Positions 38,180 to 47,451 of a DNA stretch of 64,000 nucleotides are shown here, one piece after another; the first letter of the stretch is position 1; each line of letters starts with the position of its first letter. Origin of the DNA: an uncultured bacterium. Lineage in GTDB: Bacteria > Chloroflexota > Dehalococcoidia > Lucifugimonadales > Lucifugimonadaceae. The stretch is from assembly GCA_963932695.1 (NCBI GenBank), contig CAWVRY010000004.1, positions 10,954 to 74,953 on the forward strand, read 5' to 3'. The position numbers and the translations under genes are program-made. The notes below the pieces were generated by a model. The model was not told the DNA's origin, made no database searches, and worked only from the letters and a program-made list of their open reading frames with translations.

Positions 38180-38842
38180 ATGAGCGAGTCTGTCGATCCA
38201 TTGGTCAAAATCACAAGTATTCCCGAGCGGGGTTCTTACAACGCAGAATCGATTAACTCGACCTTCGACGATGGCTACTTACGCCACGTAGCTTACGAAT
38301 CTGGTCACGGACCCGTCGTTCTTCCGACACTTCACGGTCGACACGAAATTTTCGTCTATTTCCACGGTTCCCCATCGTCAGAGATGTTTCGTCGGGCAAA
38401 TTCCGACGTGAACATCAGTTTTGCCGTAACTCATGTTGATGGATTCATTCTCGCTCGCTCACTGTTCCATCACTCGATGAACTACCGATCTTTTGTGGCG
38501 ATCGGAAAGGCAGAAAAGGACACAGATCCCGAAGAAGCTATGCACGGGCTCGAAGTAATCACCGAGAACTGTTTACCGGGTCAATAAGAAGAAGCTCGCA
38601 AGCCTAACGACGTCGAGCTTCGACAAACGACAGTATTCCGACTTGAACTCACTGAGGCTTCAGTAAAGATAATAACTGCTGCTCCGGGAGACGACGAAGA
38701 AGATATCGATCTCGATATATGGGCAGGCGTATTTTCTGTAATCAGCGGGCTAAGCAACCCGGTTCCAGAGCCTGATTTCACGGATGGCACCGACCTACCA
38801 TCGGCTCTCAGAACGTTCCGTCAGATACCCGAAAATCCATGA
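38180..38842 (+). pseudogene. Pyridoxamine 5'-phosphate oxidase-related (Pyridox_ox_2-type) gene interrupted by one in-frame TAA
   Basis: The track ORF stops at TAA 38585-38587 (...ITENCLPGQ*). The same frame continues without a further stop to TGA 38840-38842: EEARKPNDVELRQTTVFRLELTEASVKIITAAPGDDEEDIDLDIWAGVFSV.... This is the conserved C-terminal half of the family. Confidence 0.65.
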
Positions 38843-38926
38843 ACGTCTCGCCGATAAACGACAAATATTTGTAAGCTAATTGCAGTCGAACGCTAAAACG
38901 AGTTCAAATTCCGCTTTCGAACCCCT

Positions 38927-38955
38927 TTGACCTTCAACGTAATGGGCAATACAAT
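38927..38955 (+). promoter_or_regulatory. Near-consensus sigma70-type promoter upstream of rpsP
   Basis: TTGACC (38927-38932), a 17-nt spacer, then TACAAT (38950-38955), about 95 nt upstream of the rpsP ATG. Confidence 0.5.
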
Positions 38956-39051
38956 TTTAGGTCGATTATGTTTGAACTCTCGCAATGGGCTGGAGTCTGA
39001 CAAATATCTTTTCCGCCGTCTCCTTAATTACGGCACGGAGTGATTTCACGA

Positions 39052-39330
39052 ATGGTTCGAATCCGTCTTAAACGCGTTGGTGGCAAGAAGCACCCTTTCT
39101 ACCGAGTAGTTGTCGCTGACCAGCGTGCGGCTCGCGATGGTGCATTCATCGAACAGATCGGCACGTACGATCCGTTCCCAAACCCACCCGAGATCAAGCT
39201 AAACGAAGAGAAGGTCAATGAGTGGATTGGTAAGGGTGCACAGCCATCTGAATCAGTTGTCTATCTTCTCCGATCCGCAGGAATACTTCCTAAGGTATCG
39301 ACTCCTAAGGTAGAAACTCCTAGTGGCTGA
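39052..39330 (+). CDS. rpsP: 30S ribosomal protein S16
   Basis: [34 protein letters not shown] is the S16 signature. I prefer ATG 39052 over the track's upstream GTG. Confidence 0.93.
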   Translation: MVRIRLKRVGGKKHPFYRVVVADQRAARDGAFIEQIGTYDPFPNPPEIKLNEEKVNEWIGKGAQPSESVVYLLRSAGILPKVSTPKVETPSG

Positions 39331-39373
39331 GCTTGACGACGACGTCCAATCTGAAGAGTCCGAAGGTGACGAC

Positions 39374-39619
39374 ATGTCGCCTATTGACTCGATGCGAGAG
39401 ATGATCGAGTACATCGCACGTGCGCTTGCCTCGAACCCGGATGCAGTATCTGTAACCGAAGAGGACGATGGCGAACGCACCTTCCTTCACCTTTCAGTAG
39501 ACGATCAGGACAAGGGCAAAGTAATCGGCCGTGACGGTCGAGTTGCCCAGTCGATGCGCTCGCTCTTGCGAGTTGCAGCAGTAAAGGCCGACACCCGTGT
39601 CAGCCTCGAAATCGACTAG
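39374..39619 (+). CDS. KH-domain RNA-binding protein (UPF0109/YlqC-like)
   Basis: MREMIEYIARALASNPDAVSV...DKGKVIGRDGRVAQSMRSLLRV contains the GxxG KH motif. Start is ambiguous (GTG 39323, ATG 39374 or ATG 39392). Confidence 0.8.
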   Translation: MSPIDSMREMIEYIARALASNPDAVSVTEEDDGERTFLHLSVDDQDKGKVIGRDGRVAQSMRSLLRVAAVKADTRVSLEID

Positions 39620-39644
39620 GACGTCTACACCCCCTGAAACTTCC

Positions 39645-40199
39645 ATGACCGATTCCAGCAGTCGACCCGACACCCCGGGCGAAGAACTGAACGAATTTGT
39701 TGTAGTTGGTCGCGTCCGACGCCCAACCGGAATCAAGGGCGCACTTCTCGTTGAGATCTACTCAGGGATTCCCGATCGATTCATTGTTGGCGACAGCGTT
39801 ATCGCTGACGGCAAAGAGTACGAAATAGTCGAAACCGGTAAATCTGGCGATTCAGCTAAGCTCCGTTTCGACGGGATCAACTCAATCGAAAAGGCAGATC
39901 GCTTTCGAGATATTGAACTTTCGGTTCCAGCCGAAGAACTTCCAGATAATCCTCCCGGTGTCTACTACCATTACGAAATTCTCGGTTCCGATGTAACGAC
40001 GCTTGATGGTCAACATCTAGGAACGCTAACCGAGATCCTCGAAACAGGCAGTAATGACGTCTTAATCATCACCGGCAAGCCTGCGCCTGATAAAAATAAG
40101 GGCGACGAAATTCTCGTTCCCGTTCTTGATGGCGTAATCGTCGATGTCGACAGAAAAGCCGGCACGATGAAGATAGACCCGCCCGACGGCATTCTCTAA
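39645..40199 (+). CDS. rimM: 16S rRNA processing protein RimM
   Basis: VVVGRVRRPTGIKGALLVEIYS, YYHYEILG and a PRC-barrel C-terminus. I prefer ATG 39645; the track start is 39597. Confidence 0.88.
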   Translation: MTDSSSRPDTPGEELNEFVVVGRVRRPTGIKGALLVEIYSGIPDRFIVGDSVIADGKEYEIVETGKSGDSAKLRFDGINSIEKADRFRDIELSVPAEELPDNPPGVYYHYEILGSDVTTLDGQHLGTLTEILETGSNDVLIITGKPAPDKNKGDEILVPVLDGVIVDVDRKAGTMKIDPPDGIL

Positions 40200-40292
40200 G
40201 CCCAGTATTTTCGGTAAACTGTGTGCTCAGTTCGTTTGGTTCGATCGGAACCAGTAGCAATCGCCACCTAGAGTCCAATAGGAAATATCTGA

Positions 40293-41054
40293 ATGTCAGG
40301 TCACTCTAAATGGAGCACGATCAAGCACAAAAAAGGTGCGGCCGACGCTAAGCGCGGTCAACTCTTCACAAAGCTTGCTCGAGAAATCATGGTCGCAGCT
40401 CGCGCAGGCGACCCAAACCCTGAGATGAACTTCCGTCTTCGACTTGCGGTGGATAACGCCAAGTCGCTGAACATGCCGAAAGACAACATCGACCGAGCGA
40501 TTGCCCGCGGATCCGGTGTCGGTGACGACACGGTCATCCTCGAAGAAATCAGCTACGAAGCGTATGGCCCCGGTGGCGCTGGCATCATCGTTCAAACGCT
40601 AACCGACAACAAGAACCGTACTGCTGCCGAAGTTCGAGCCAAAATCACTCGAGCCGGTGGAAATCTTGCGGGAGCTGGGGCTGTTTCATGGAATTTCGAA
40701 AACAAAGGTCTGATCACTGTCGAAGTAACCGACGGTGACCCTGACGACATAGCCCTGGAAATTGTTGATGCTGGAGCCGAAGATGTTGAAGTCGATGGCA
40801 ACGTGGTTCAGATCACTGCGCCATACGAAGAGTTCGCACAGGTGAAGACCAGTGTTGAAGCGCTCGCGGGCATCAAAGTCGAAAGCGGTGATGTTGCCCT
40901 CGTTCCGACCTCATTGGTCCCACTCGATGACAAGGGCGCAATGCAGACTCTAAGACTTTTGGATTCGCTTGAAGAACTCGATGATGTAGCGAAGGTCTAC
41001 TCAAACGGCGATTTCTCCGACGAAGTTCTAGAGAAGTACGCGGAAGCCGAGTAA
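40293..41054 (+). CDS. yebC: YebC/PmpR-family DNA-binding transcriptional regulator
   Basis: MSGHSKWSTIKHKKGAADAKRGQLFTKL is the family signature. 253 aa. Confidence 0.93.
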   Translation: MSGHSKWSTIKHKKGAADAKRGQLFTKLAREIMVAARAGDPNPEMNFRLRLAVDNAKSLNMPKDNIDRAIARGSGVGDDTVILEEISYEAYGPGGAGIIVQTLTDNKNRTAAEVRAKITRAGGNLAGAGAVSWNFENKGLITVEVTDGDPDDIALEIVDAGAEDVEVDGNVVQITAPYEEFAQVKTSVEALAGIKVESGDVALVPTSLVPLDDKGAMQTLRLLDSLEELDDVAKVYSNGDFSDEVLEKYAEAE

Positions 41055-41117
41055 CGAGGACGCGAACGGATAGATTCGTCTCTTTCGTCGCAGCAATTTA
41101 GTTTCGTATGAAATCAT

Positions 41118-41156
41118 GCGGCAGTACAATTTAATAGTTGTATTGCGGCTTTTTTA
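41118..41156 (+). terminator. Probable intrinsic terminator after yebC
   Basis: Imperfect 12-bp stem GCGGCAGTACAA / TTGTATTGCGGC (2 mismatches), an 8-nt loop, then TTTTTTA. Confidence 0.55.
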
Positions 41157-41182
41157 TGGGACAGATCGGACGCTGGAACTAG

Positions 41183-41392
41183 ATGTGTAGAATGACCGCC
41201 GGCCCGTTACTTGCGATAATGGGTGTGGCTGGAACTGCAGCAGGGGTCGGATTGGCCGTTGTTCGCGAACGACTCGATCGAAGGTCAGACGCCCGCGCCG
41301 CCAGAGAAGCAGCAGCCGACCAAGACGACAACGACTCTGAATCAACTCGCTCGACCGATTCAACTGACTCTGCTGGCTCAGATAAGTCCTAG
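41183..41392 (+). CDS. Possible small membrane protein (one TM plus an acidic/Ser-rich tail), weakly supported
   Basis: 69-aa [30 protein letters not shown]... followed by a charged tail. It overlaps the 3' end of the convergent gene by 15 nt. No recognisable family. Confidence 0.25.
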   Translation: MCRMTAGPLLAIMGVAGTAAGVGLAVVRERLDRRSDARAAREAAADQDDNDSESTRSTDSTDSAGSDKS

Positions 41393-43444
41393 CTGTTCGA
41401 GCATCTCAGCCGTACTCGTAACGGGTAGTTTGCAAGCATAGTTTTCGCAAATATAAGCCGTTGCCTTGCCGTTCACCCGACTCCGACCCTCTAGCAATGG
41501 CGATCCGCCAGGTTCGCTAGAACCTTCAACAGCACCTGCCAATACCCGGTTCGGCTCGAACGAACTTCGTAGTTCACGTTTCATTTCTGAAATAACAGAA
41601 TCCGATTCGTCCCCAATCAGCACCACCTCTTGCGAATTCGATCGCAAGAAGTCGACAGCCGCTAGCCAGGATGTAACCGCGGACGGTGCCTGCTCCATGT
41701 GTGGAATCAACGCCTTCATCGACGTTTCGGCTTTCTCTGCGTACTCTGCAATCCCGGTGAATACGCTCAAACGTTGCAAAGCCATCGCAGCAATCGCTCC
41801 ACCCGACGGCACGGCGTTATCAAGTACATCACGTGGGCGAACCAATAACTTCGAGTGTTCGAGTGATGTGTCATAGAACACACTCCAGTCTTTGTCCCAG
41901 AAACGTTCGATCATCTGATCAGCAATAGCCTGCGCCTCGCGAACATACGAGAAGTCGAACGTCGCTTCGTACAGCGTCAGAAGAGCGTCGACCAAGTAAG
42001 CGTGGTCATCGAGGTACCCAAGGATTCGTGCATCGCCCTCCGACTCGCTGGTCGCCTTCCACGTATGAAGCAATAATCCATTCTCGTCACGCACTTGATC
42101 TAATAGCAATCGAGCGTTATTTTTTGCTGTGGCAATCCACTCATCGTTTTCAAATACAGCACCTGCTTCTGCAAACGCCTTGAGCATAAGTGCGTTCCAC
42201 GAAACGAGAATCTTGTCGTCGATTCCCGGCGCTATTCGTTTCGACCGCTCCTGATACAGAATCCCACGAACTCTCTCGATGTCGGCGATAAGGTCTGCGG
42301 GCTCCTGCGCAGTTCGGGACAGAAACTCTGGCAGTGACATTGGCATGTTAAGGATGTTCGATCCTTCGAAATTCCCTTCCTCCGATATCCCCCAATAAGC
42401 CTTGGCTAGCTCAGCGTCATATGAATCCAGTGCGGAATCTATCTCATGAGATTTCCAGACAAAGAATTTCCCTTCGACTCCCTCGGAATCGGCGTCAGAA
42501 GCTGAATAGAAACCTCCGGCAGCGTGAGTCATCTCTTTGGTCACATATTCGAGCGTTTCTTCAATGACCCGCTTGAACAACGGTTTTTTCGTGGCCTGAT
42601 ATGCATGTATATACAGCGATATGAGTTGGGCGTTGTCGTACAGCATCTTTTCGAAGTGAGGTACGAGCCAGCGATCATCTACCGAGTAACGAGCAAACCC
42701 ACCACCGATCTGATCGTAGATACCACCATGAGCCATTTTTTCGAGCGTAAGAGTCACTATGTCGAGCACTTGCGAGCTATTGGTCCGCTTCCAGTATCGG
42801 AGCAACAGTTCGTAGATCATCGGTTGCGGGAATTTTGGCGCACCCTGTGACCCGCCATGCTCCAGATCAGCATTACCGACCAGTTGTGTAAAACTTCCGA
42901 ATATCAGCGACTCATCAACTGATTCTTCGATTTTCTTCGGGGTTGCTTGTTCGCGAATAGCGTCCACAACCTGCTTCGAGTTGTCGAGAATTTCCTGGCG
43001 CTTGTTGGCGTACGCATCCGAGATCGCTGCAAGCACTCGCGGGAATCCTGCCATGTTAGGTCGATCTTCAGGCGGGAAGTATGTTCCACCAAAAAACGGT
43101 TGACCGTCTGGAGCAATAAATACGGTCAGAGGCCAACCGCCTGAACCGGTCATTGCTTGAACTGCGGTCATGTATATCGAGTCGACGTCGGGGAGTTCTT
43201 CTCGATCGACTTTAATGTTGATGAATCCATCGTTCATCACTGCTGCAATCGACTCATTTTCGAACGACTCGTGCGCCATTACGTGGCACCAGTGACACGA
43301 CGAGTATCCGATAGATAACAAAATGGGTCTGTCGAGCAATCTGGCCGCCGCCAATGCCTCTTCACCCCACGGATACCAATCGACTGGATTGTCCTTGTGT
43401 TGGAGCAAGTACGGGCTTGTTTCGTTGGCCAGTCGGTTGGGCAT
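41378..43444 (-). CDS. Thioredoxin-domain protein of the YyaL/DUF255 (SPATA20-like) family
   Basis: 688 aa. NRLA.E.SPYLLQH..NPVDW.PWG.EA, the thioredoxin-like SCHWCHVM motif, and a C-terminal six-hairpin glycosidase-like region. Confidence 0.88.
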   Translation of the reverse strand: MPNRLANETSPYLLQHKDNPVDWYPWGEEALAAARLLDRPILLSIGYSSCHWCHVMAHESFENESIAAVMNDGFINIKVDREELPDVDSIYMTAVQAMTGSGGWPLTVFIAPDGQPFFGGTYFPPEDRPNMAGFPRVLAAISDAYANKRQEILDNSKQVVDAIREQATPKKIEESVDESLIFGSFTQLVGNADLEHGGSQGAPKFPQPMIYELLLRYWKRTNSSQVLDIVTLTLEKMAHGGIYDQIGGGFARYSVDDRWLVPHFEKMLYDNAQLISLYIHAYQATKKPLFKRVIEETLEYVTKEMTHAAGGFYSASDADSEGVEGKFFVWKSHEIDSALDSYDAELAKAYWGISEEGNFEGSNILNMPMSLPEFLSRTAQEPADLIADIERVRGILYQERSKRIAPGIDDKILVSWNALMLKAFAEAGAVFENDEWIATAKNNARLLLDQVRDENGLLLHTWKATSESEGDARILGYLDDHAYLVDALLTLYEATFDFSYVREAQAIADQMIERFWDKDWSVFYDTSLEHSKLLVRPRDVLDNAVPSGGAIAAMALQRLSVFTGIAEYAEKAETSMKALIPHMEQAPSAVTSWLAAVDFLRSNSQEVVLIGDESDSVISEMKRELRSSFEPNRVLAGAVEGSSEPGGSPLLEGRSRVNGKATAYICENYACKLPVTSTAEMLEQLGLI

Positions 43445-43547
43445 GTTTTCCTGATTCTCTAAGTGCTCGCGCCATGTTGGGTTATGTGAGTTCGATGCGC
43501 TTTGATTAGTTGGCGGTACATCAAATTTAGGACGATCCGAACTGTTG

Positions 43548-45092
43548 CTACAGACCTATCAATTTCAATGTGCAAACCTCTTTGGTGTTTAATTCGATGA
43601 CTTTAATTTTGTGATTATTAGTATCGGCGATGTATATCCGATTTCCAGCGACCGCCACGCCAGCAGGTTCGCTAAATTGGGCAATGTTCGAGAAACCGTC
43701 CACGTCGCCTGCTTTCCCTGAGCCGGCAATAGTGCCGACCAGTAACGACCCAATGGCTACCGACTTAATTTTGTTGTTATACGAATCAGCAACGTAGATG
43801 ACATCTTTGCTGACAGCGAGTCCCTGCGGATGCTGGAACAGAGCATCTTTGCCAACCGCATCAACGTCGCCAAAATCGAACAATCCTTTGCCGATCAGTG
43901 TTACAACCCTACCCTCGTCTGCGATAGCTGAAACTCTGAGCGCGCTAGTTTCACTATCGATGAAAAATACTGCGTTGTTCGATACTTCGATTCCGAACGG
44001 CTGTGCAAGTCGCGCTTTCGATTTGAGATCGTCGTGTATATCTTCGCCGCCATCCCCCGCGAACGGACTCACTGTGCTTTCGGCTATGTTCATCGCCCAA
44101 AGCTGATGGAACCCTGCCATTGCCACATACAGAACTCCTTCATGAAGTGAGAGGTCGTATGGCGAGTTGAGTGGCGTGGTTAGAGCATCCCCACCCTGAT
44201 GTCGATACAAAGACCGCTCGCCAGTTCCGGCGATGGTCTCGGCAGTTCCAGCAACGAGACCGACTTTCACGATGGTATGCGTTCCAGCGTCGGATACATA
44301 CAAGGTTTCACCATCGATCACGACACCGTGTGGATTGTCGAACAATGGCTGATCGAAAGCTCGCTCGGAAAAGACACCGGAATGTTCAATTTCTGCAAGC
44401 GGAGATTCACCGTTGCCAATGACAGCTTCGACCTTACCATCGAGATCGCTGACGATAAGCCGGCGATGATTCGAGTCGGAAATCACCAAAATTTCCCGCT
44501 CGGAGTCGGCTGTAATTTTGCCGGGGAACGACAGCTGTGTCTCGGGTTTAGTCTCCGGAAGAAGATCCAACTTCCCATGCACAAAATTGCCCATCGGTTC
44601 GTGTTCTTCGATCATTCCAGCCAGCACCTGATCGAGTGCATCGACGGGGAACTCGCCTTCGTGTCGACCAATCACTTTGCCTGTTGGATCAAGGAACATT
44701 AGGGTTGGCCAGGCACGAGCTGCGTACGACTTCCATATCTCGAAGTCGGCATCGTTCACTACTGGGTGGCCAATTCCGTAACGACGCACTGCCTCTCGCA
44801 CGTTCTCTGACGACTTTTCTGCATTGAATTTCGCCGAGTGAACACCAACGACGGTCAGAATGTCGGCATACTTTTTTTCCAGCTTCCGCAACTGCGGAAG
44901 TACATGCATGCAGTTAATTCAGCAGTAGGTCCAAAAATGAAGAACGACGAGTCGACCTCGAAGGTCTTCCAGAGTTAGCGGGGCTTTGGTGTTGAACCAT
45001 TCAAGTCCTTCCGGAAACTCCGGAGCGTGGATCGTGCCTTCGTACCTTGTCGCCAACGGTGGCCCCCAACTAGCATCGTCCGAAAAATCATG
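43548..45092 (-). CDS. NHLRC2-like thioredoxin-fold / six-NHL-repeat protein, probable selenoprotein (in-frame UGA at 44919-44921)
   Basis: The track ORF (43548-44909) lacks the N-terminal half of the thioredoxin domain. The same frame continues through a single TGA to ATG 45090-45092, giving ...[53 protein letters not shown]...GVHSAKF. Six NHL repeats follow (e.g. [24 protein letters not shown]). Confidence 0.8.
44883..44900 (-). promoter_or_regulatory. Candidate bacterial SECIS hairpin
   Basis: On the mRNA, 18 nt downstream of UGA: CUUCCGCAGUUGCGGAAG. Self-complementary arms CUUCCG(CA)/(UG)CGGAAG with a G-U-containing apex. Located inside the coding sequence. Confidence 0.55.
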
Positions 45093-45167
45093 AGTGAACG
45101 ATTATTTCACGTCGCTTCGACCGTAACTCGTAGCCCAGTGCAGATTTAGATCAGCATATTGAACGAA

Positions 45168-46100
45168 CTACTCGGCAATGAACACCGGTTGCGACCATGC
45201 CCGCGTGCCACGCGACGAATAAACGGTCGCTCGCACGTAACCGTCGAGCCGAGTTGGCGAGTACGAAGGCGACAGACTCGTCGATTCGTACAGTAATCGA
45301 CCGTTCATCCCAGTGAATAGAGTCGTGTACTTGGCCTGAACGCCATCGCTTGGAGTCGTTTCGGGATCGATATCGAGTTTGATATGCCGCTCGTTCGCGA
45401 TCATGTCCCCAATAGTCACACCGGTCGATGCGTAGAACTCGCCATCCGACATCGCTTCGTAAATATCTTGCTGTGTCAGCTTGGCCGCCTTGACCTGCAC
45501 CCATCCCCTCCCGGGATTCGAGCGATTGGCGCTGAACTCGCCGGTGTAATGGTGCGAGTCATCGACTGCGATTCCCCATACTCGTCGATCATTGCTCAGC
45601 AGTCGATCCCAAATGCCATCGGTGCTTGCCTTACCTCCACCGCCAGCATTGTGGGTCTCAGGATGGCCATTGAAGACTTCCATGAACTTATAGCCTTCAA
45701 CCTGCATCATTGCGCCGTCATCGAACGCCCAGCGAAAGTTAGGATGATTTATCGACGCCATCCCGCCAGCCGCAATAATCCGGTCGACGTTCTCTCGCAT
45801 GGCGGTAACGATATCCGTTGAGTCAGAAGCCTCGACAACTTCGGTGACTCCATAGCCGTTTACGTGAACGGGACCATCGGAATTTCGAGAGGTCACTTCT
45901 TCGCCAGCTACTAGTAACGGCCACTTGGCTTTCTCGGCGTCGCTGCCTTCGAGGATTGTCAGGTGGTTGTGATCTGAAAGGCACAGCCAGTCGTAGCCCT
46001 GCTCGTGGTACCACTCGGCAACGTGTTCCGCCGATTCGTCGCCGTCGCTGTTGGTCGTGTGGGTGTGGAGATTGCCTTTGAGCCAGCTTTTTGTAGTCAT
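45168..46100 (-). CDS. PHP-domain (CehA/McbA-like) metallohydrolase
   Basis: 310 aa. GNLHTHTTNSDGD and CLSDHN metal-binding motifs at the N-terminus. Confidence 0.8.
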   Translation of the reverse strand: MTTKSWLKGNLHTHTTNSDGDESAEHVAEWYHEQGYDWLCLSDHNHLTILEGSDAEKAKWPLLVAGEEVTSRNSDGPVHVNGYGVTEVVEASDSTDIVTAMRENVDRIIAAGGMASINHPNFRWAFDDGAMMQVEGYKFMEVFNGHPETHNAGGGGKASTDGIWDRLLSNDRRVWGIAVDDSHHYTGEFSANRSNPGRGWVQVKAAKLTQQDIYEAMSDGEFYASTGVTIGDMIANERHIKLDIDPETTPSDGVQAKYTTLFTGMNGRLLYESTSLSPSYSPTRLDGYVRATVYSSRGTRAWSQPVFIAE

Positions 46101-46282
46101 ACCCAGATTTTACAGATCATTTGAAGCGACCGAGCAGTCGAACGTCGTTGACAGTGGGCAAACATGACGAGAGACTCCGCAAATGTCTCGATCCGTTTGC
46201 TCGAACCGAGCATAATTACGAACTTTATTTACCGGCTTATAGCTACAACTCGACGTCAATTCATTTCTAGGATTTTTTCGAT

Positions 46283-47197
46283 ATGGCAAAACTAAAGGTG
46301 CTAATGACAGGCGCAAGCGGATACATCGCTTCGTTGATGTTACCGACTATGCGGGATCATTTCGACATGGTTCTTGCCGACGTTTCGGACACCGACCGTG
46401 ATGGCAAAAAAATCGAAGGAGTTCAAATAGCCGATTTCATCGATACGGATCGATCGAAATATTCGCACCTTTTCGATGGTATCGATGCTGTAATTCACTT
46501 GGCGTTCAAGCCACATACCGCTCGTGGAGCCCAGTTCGAAAAGACACCAATCGATAGATTCGACAACGAACACGAAAACGTCCAGATGGCGAACAATATC
46601 TATCGCTCTGCCTACGATTCCGGGGTGCGACGTATTGCTGTGGCAAGTTCTAATCACGCCGCCGACTGGTACGAGCATTCGCTAATTCATGATCGCAAGA
46701 TGGACATGGTTCGTCCGACAGATTTTCCGATTTCCGATAATTTTTACGGCTGGGCGAAGGCTGCGTATGAGCTGCTGTCTTATCCGTATGCATGCGGCAT
46801 TTTTGGTCGAAAGCTCGAGACGGTAATGCTGAGAATCGGATTCACTCGCCCTATTCAAGCTGCTCAATATCTATCCGCCGATTCGATGTCGGAACAAACT
46901 CGGGGCGGCTTAGAGGAGTTCAAACGGAATCTTGGCGCCTACATCAGTCCACGGGATATAACGCAATTATTCACCAAAGCAGTCGAAGCACCGGACATCG
47001 AAAACGAACACGGCGTGCCGTTTGTTGTTGCGTACGGCTGTAGCGACAATACCCGACGCTTTTGGTCGTTAGAGACCGCTCGAAAGTATCTCGACTACCA
47101 ACCAGAGGACGACACCGAAGTGATCTACTCGCAGGAGATAGTCCAGCTAATCACCGGCGACCGCACAGATATCCGAGGCGGAAAAGTAGGGATTTAA
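46283..47197 (+). CDS. NAD-dependent epimerase/dehydratase-family (extended SDR) protein
   Basis: 304 aa. VLMTGASGYIAS Rossmann motif and a YGWAK (YxxxK) catalytic motif. Confidence 0.8.
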   Translation: MAKLKVLMTGASGYIASLMLPTMRDHFDMVLADVSDTDRDGKKIEGVQIADFIDTDRSKYSHLFDGIDAVIHLAFKPHTARGAQFEKTPIDRFDNEHENVQMANNIYRSAYDSGVRRIAVASSNHAADWYEHSLIHDRKMDMVRPTDFPISDNFYGWAKAAYELLSYPYACGIFGRKLETVMLRIGFTRPIQAAQYLSADSMSEQTRGGLEEFKRNLGAYISPRDITQLFTKAVEAPDIENEHGVPFVVAYGCSDNTRRFWSLETARKYLDYQPEDDTEVIYSQEIVQLITGDRTDIRGGKVGI

Positions 47198-47360
47198 CGA
47201 AAGTCGGACTTAGCGCTCATCATGAGTGGAGTCTGCTGGACCGGGAAGTTTGGTGCTGATTCACGGTGTGTCAGCGCGCCGGCCCAACACCACCGACCCG
47301 CCAAAGATCCCTCCACTCCACTTTACTTCGGTCGAGATATCCACATCAACTTGAACATTC

Positions 47361-47440
47361 GGTTCTCCCTCCCGAAGTGGGAGGGAGTTAGAGGGTGGGA
47401 GACTACGACGCGAGCCGAGTTATCCGATGACCACGGCGAC
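47361..47440. repeat. Dispersed repeat copy A2 (G/C hairpin + TTAGAGGG + GCGACG tail)
   Basis: ggttCTCCCTCCCgaagtGGGAGGGAGttagagggtgggagactacgacgcgagccgagttatccgatgaccacggcgac. It aligns with 35141-35206. Confidence 0.7.
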
Positions 47441-47451
47441 TAACGCAACGA

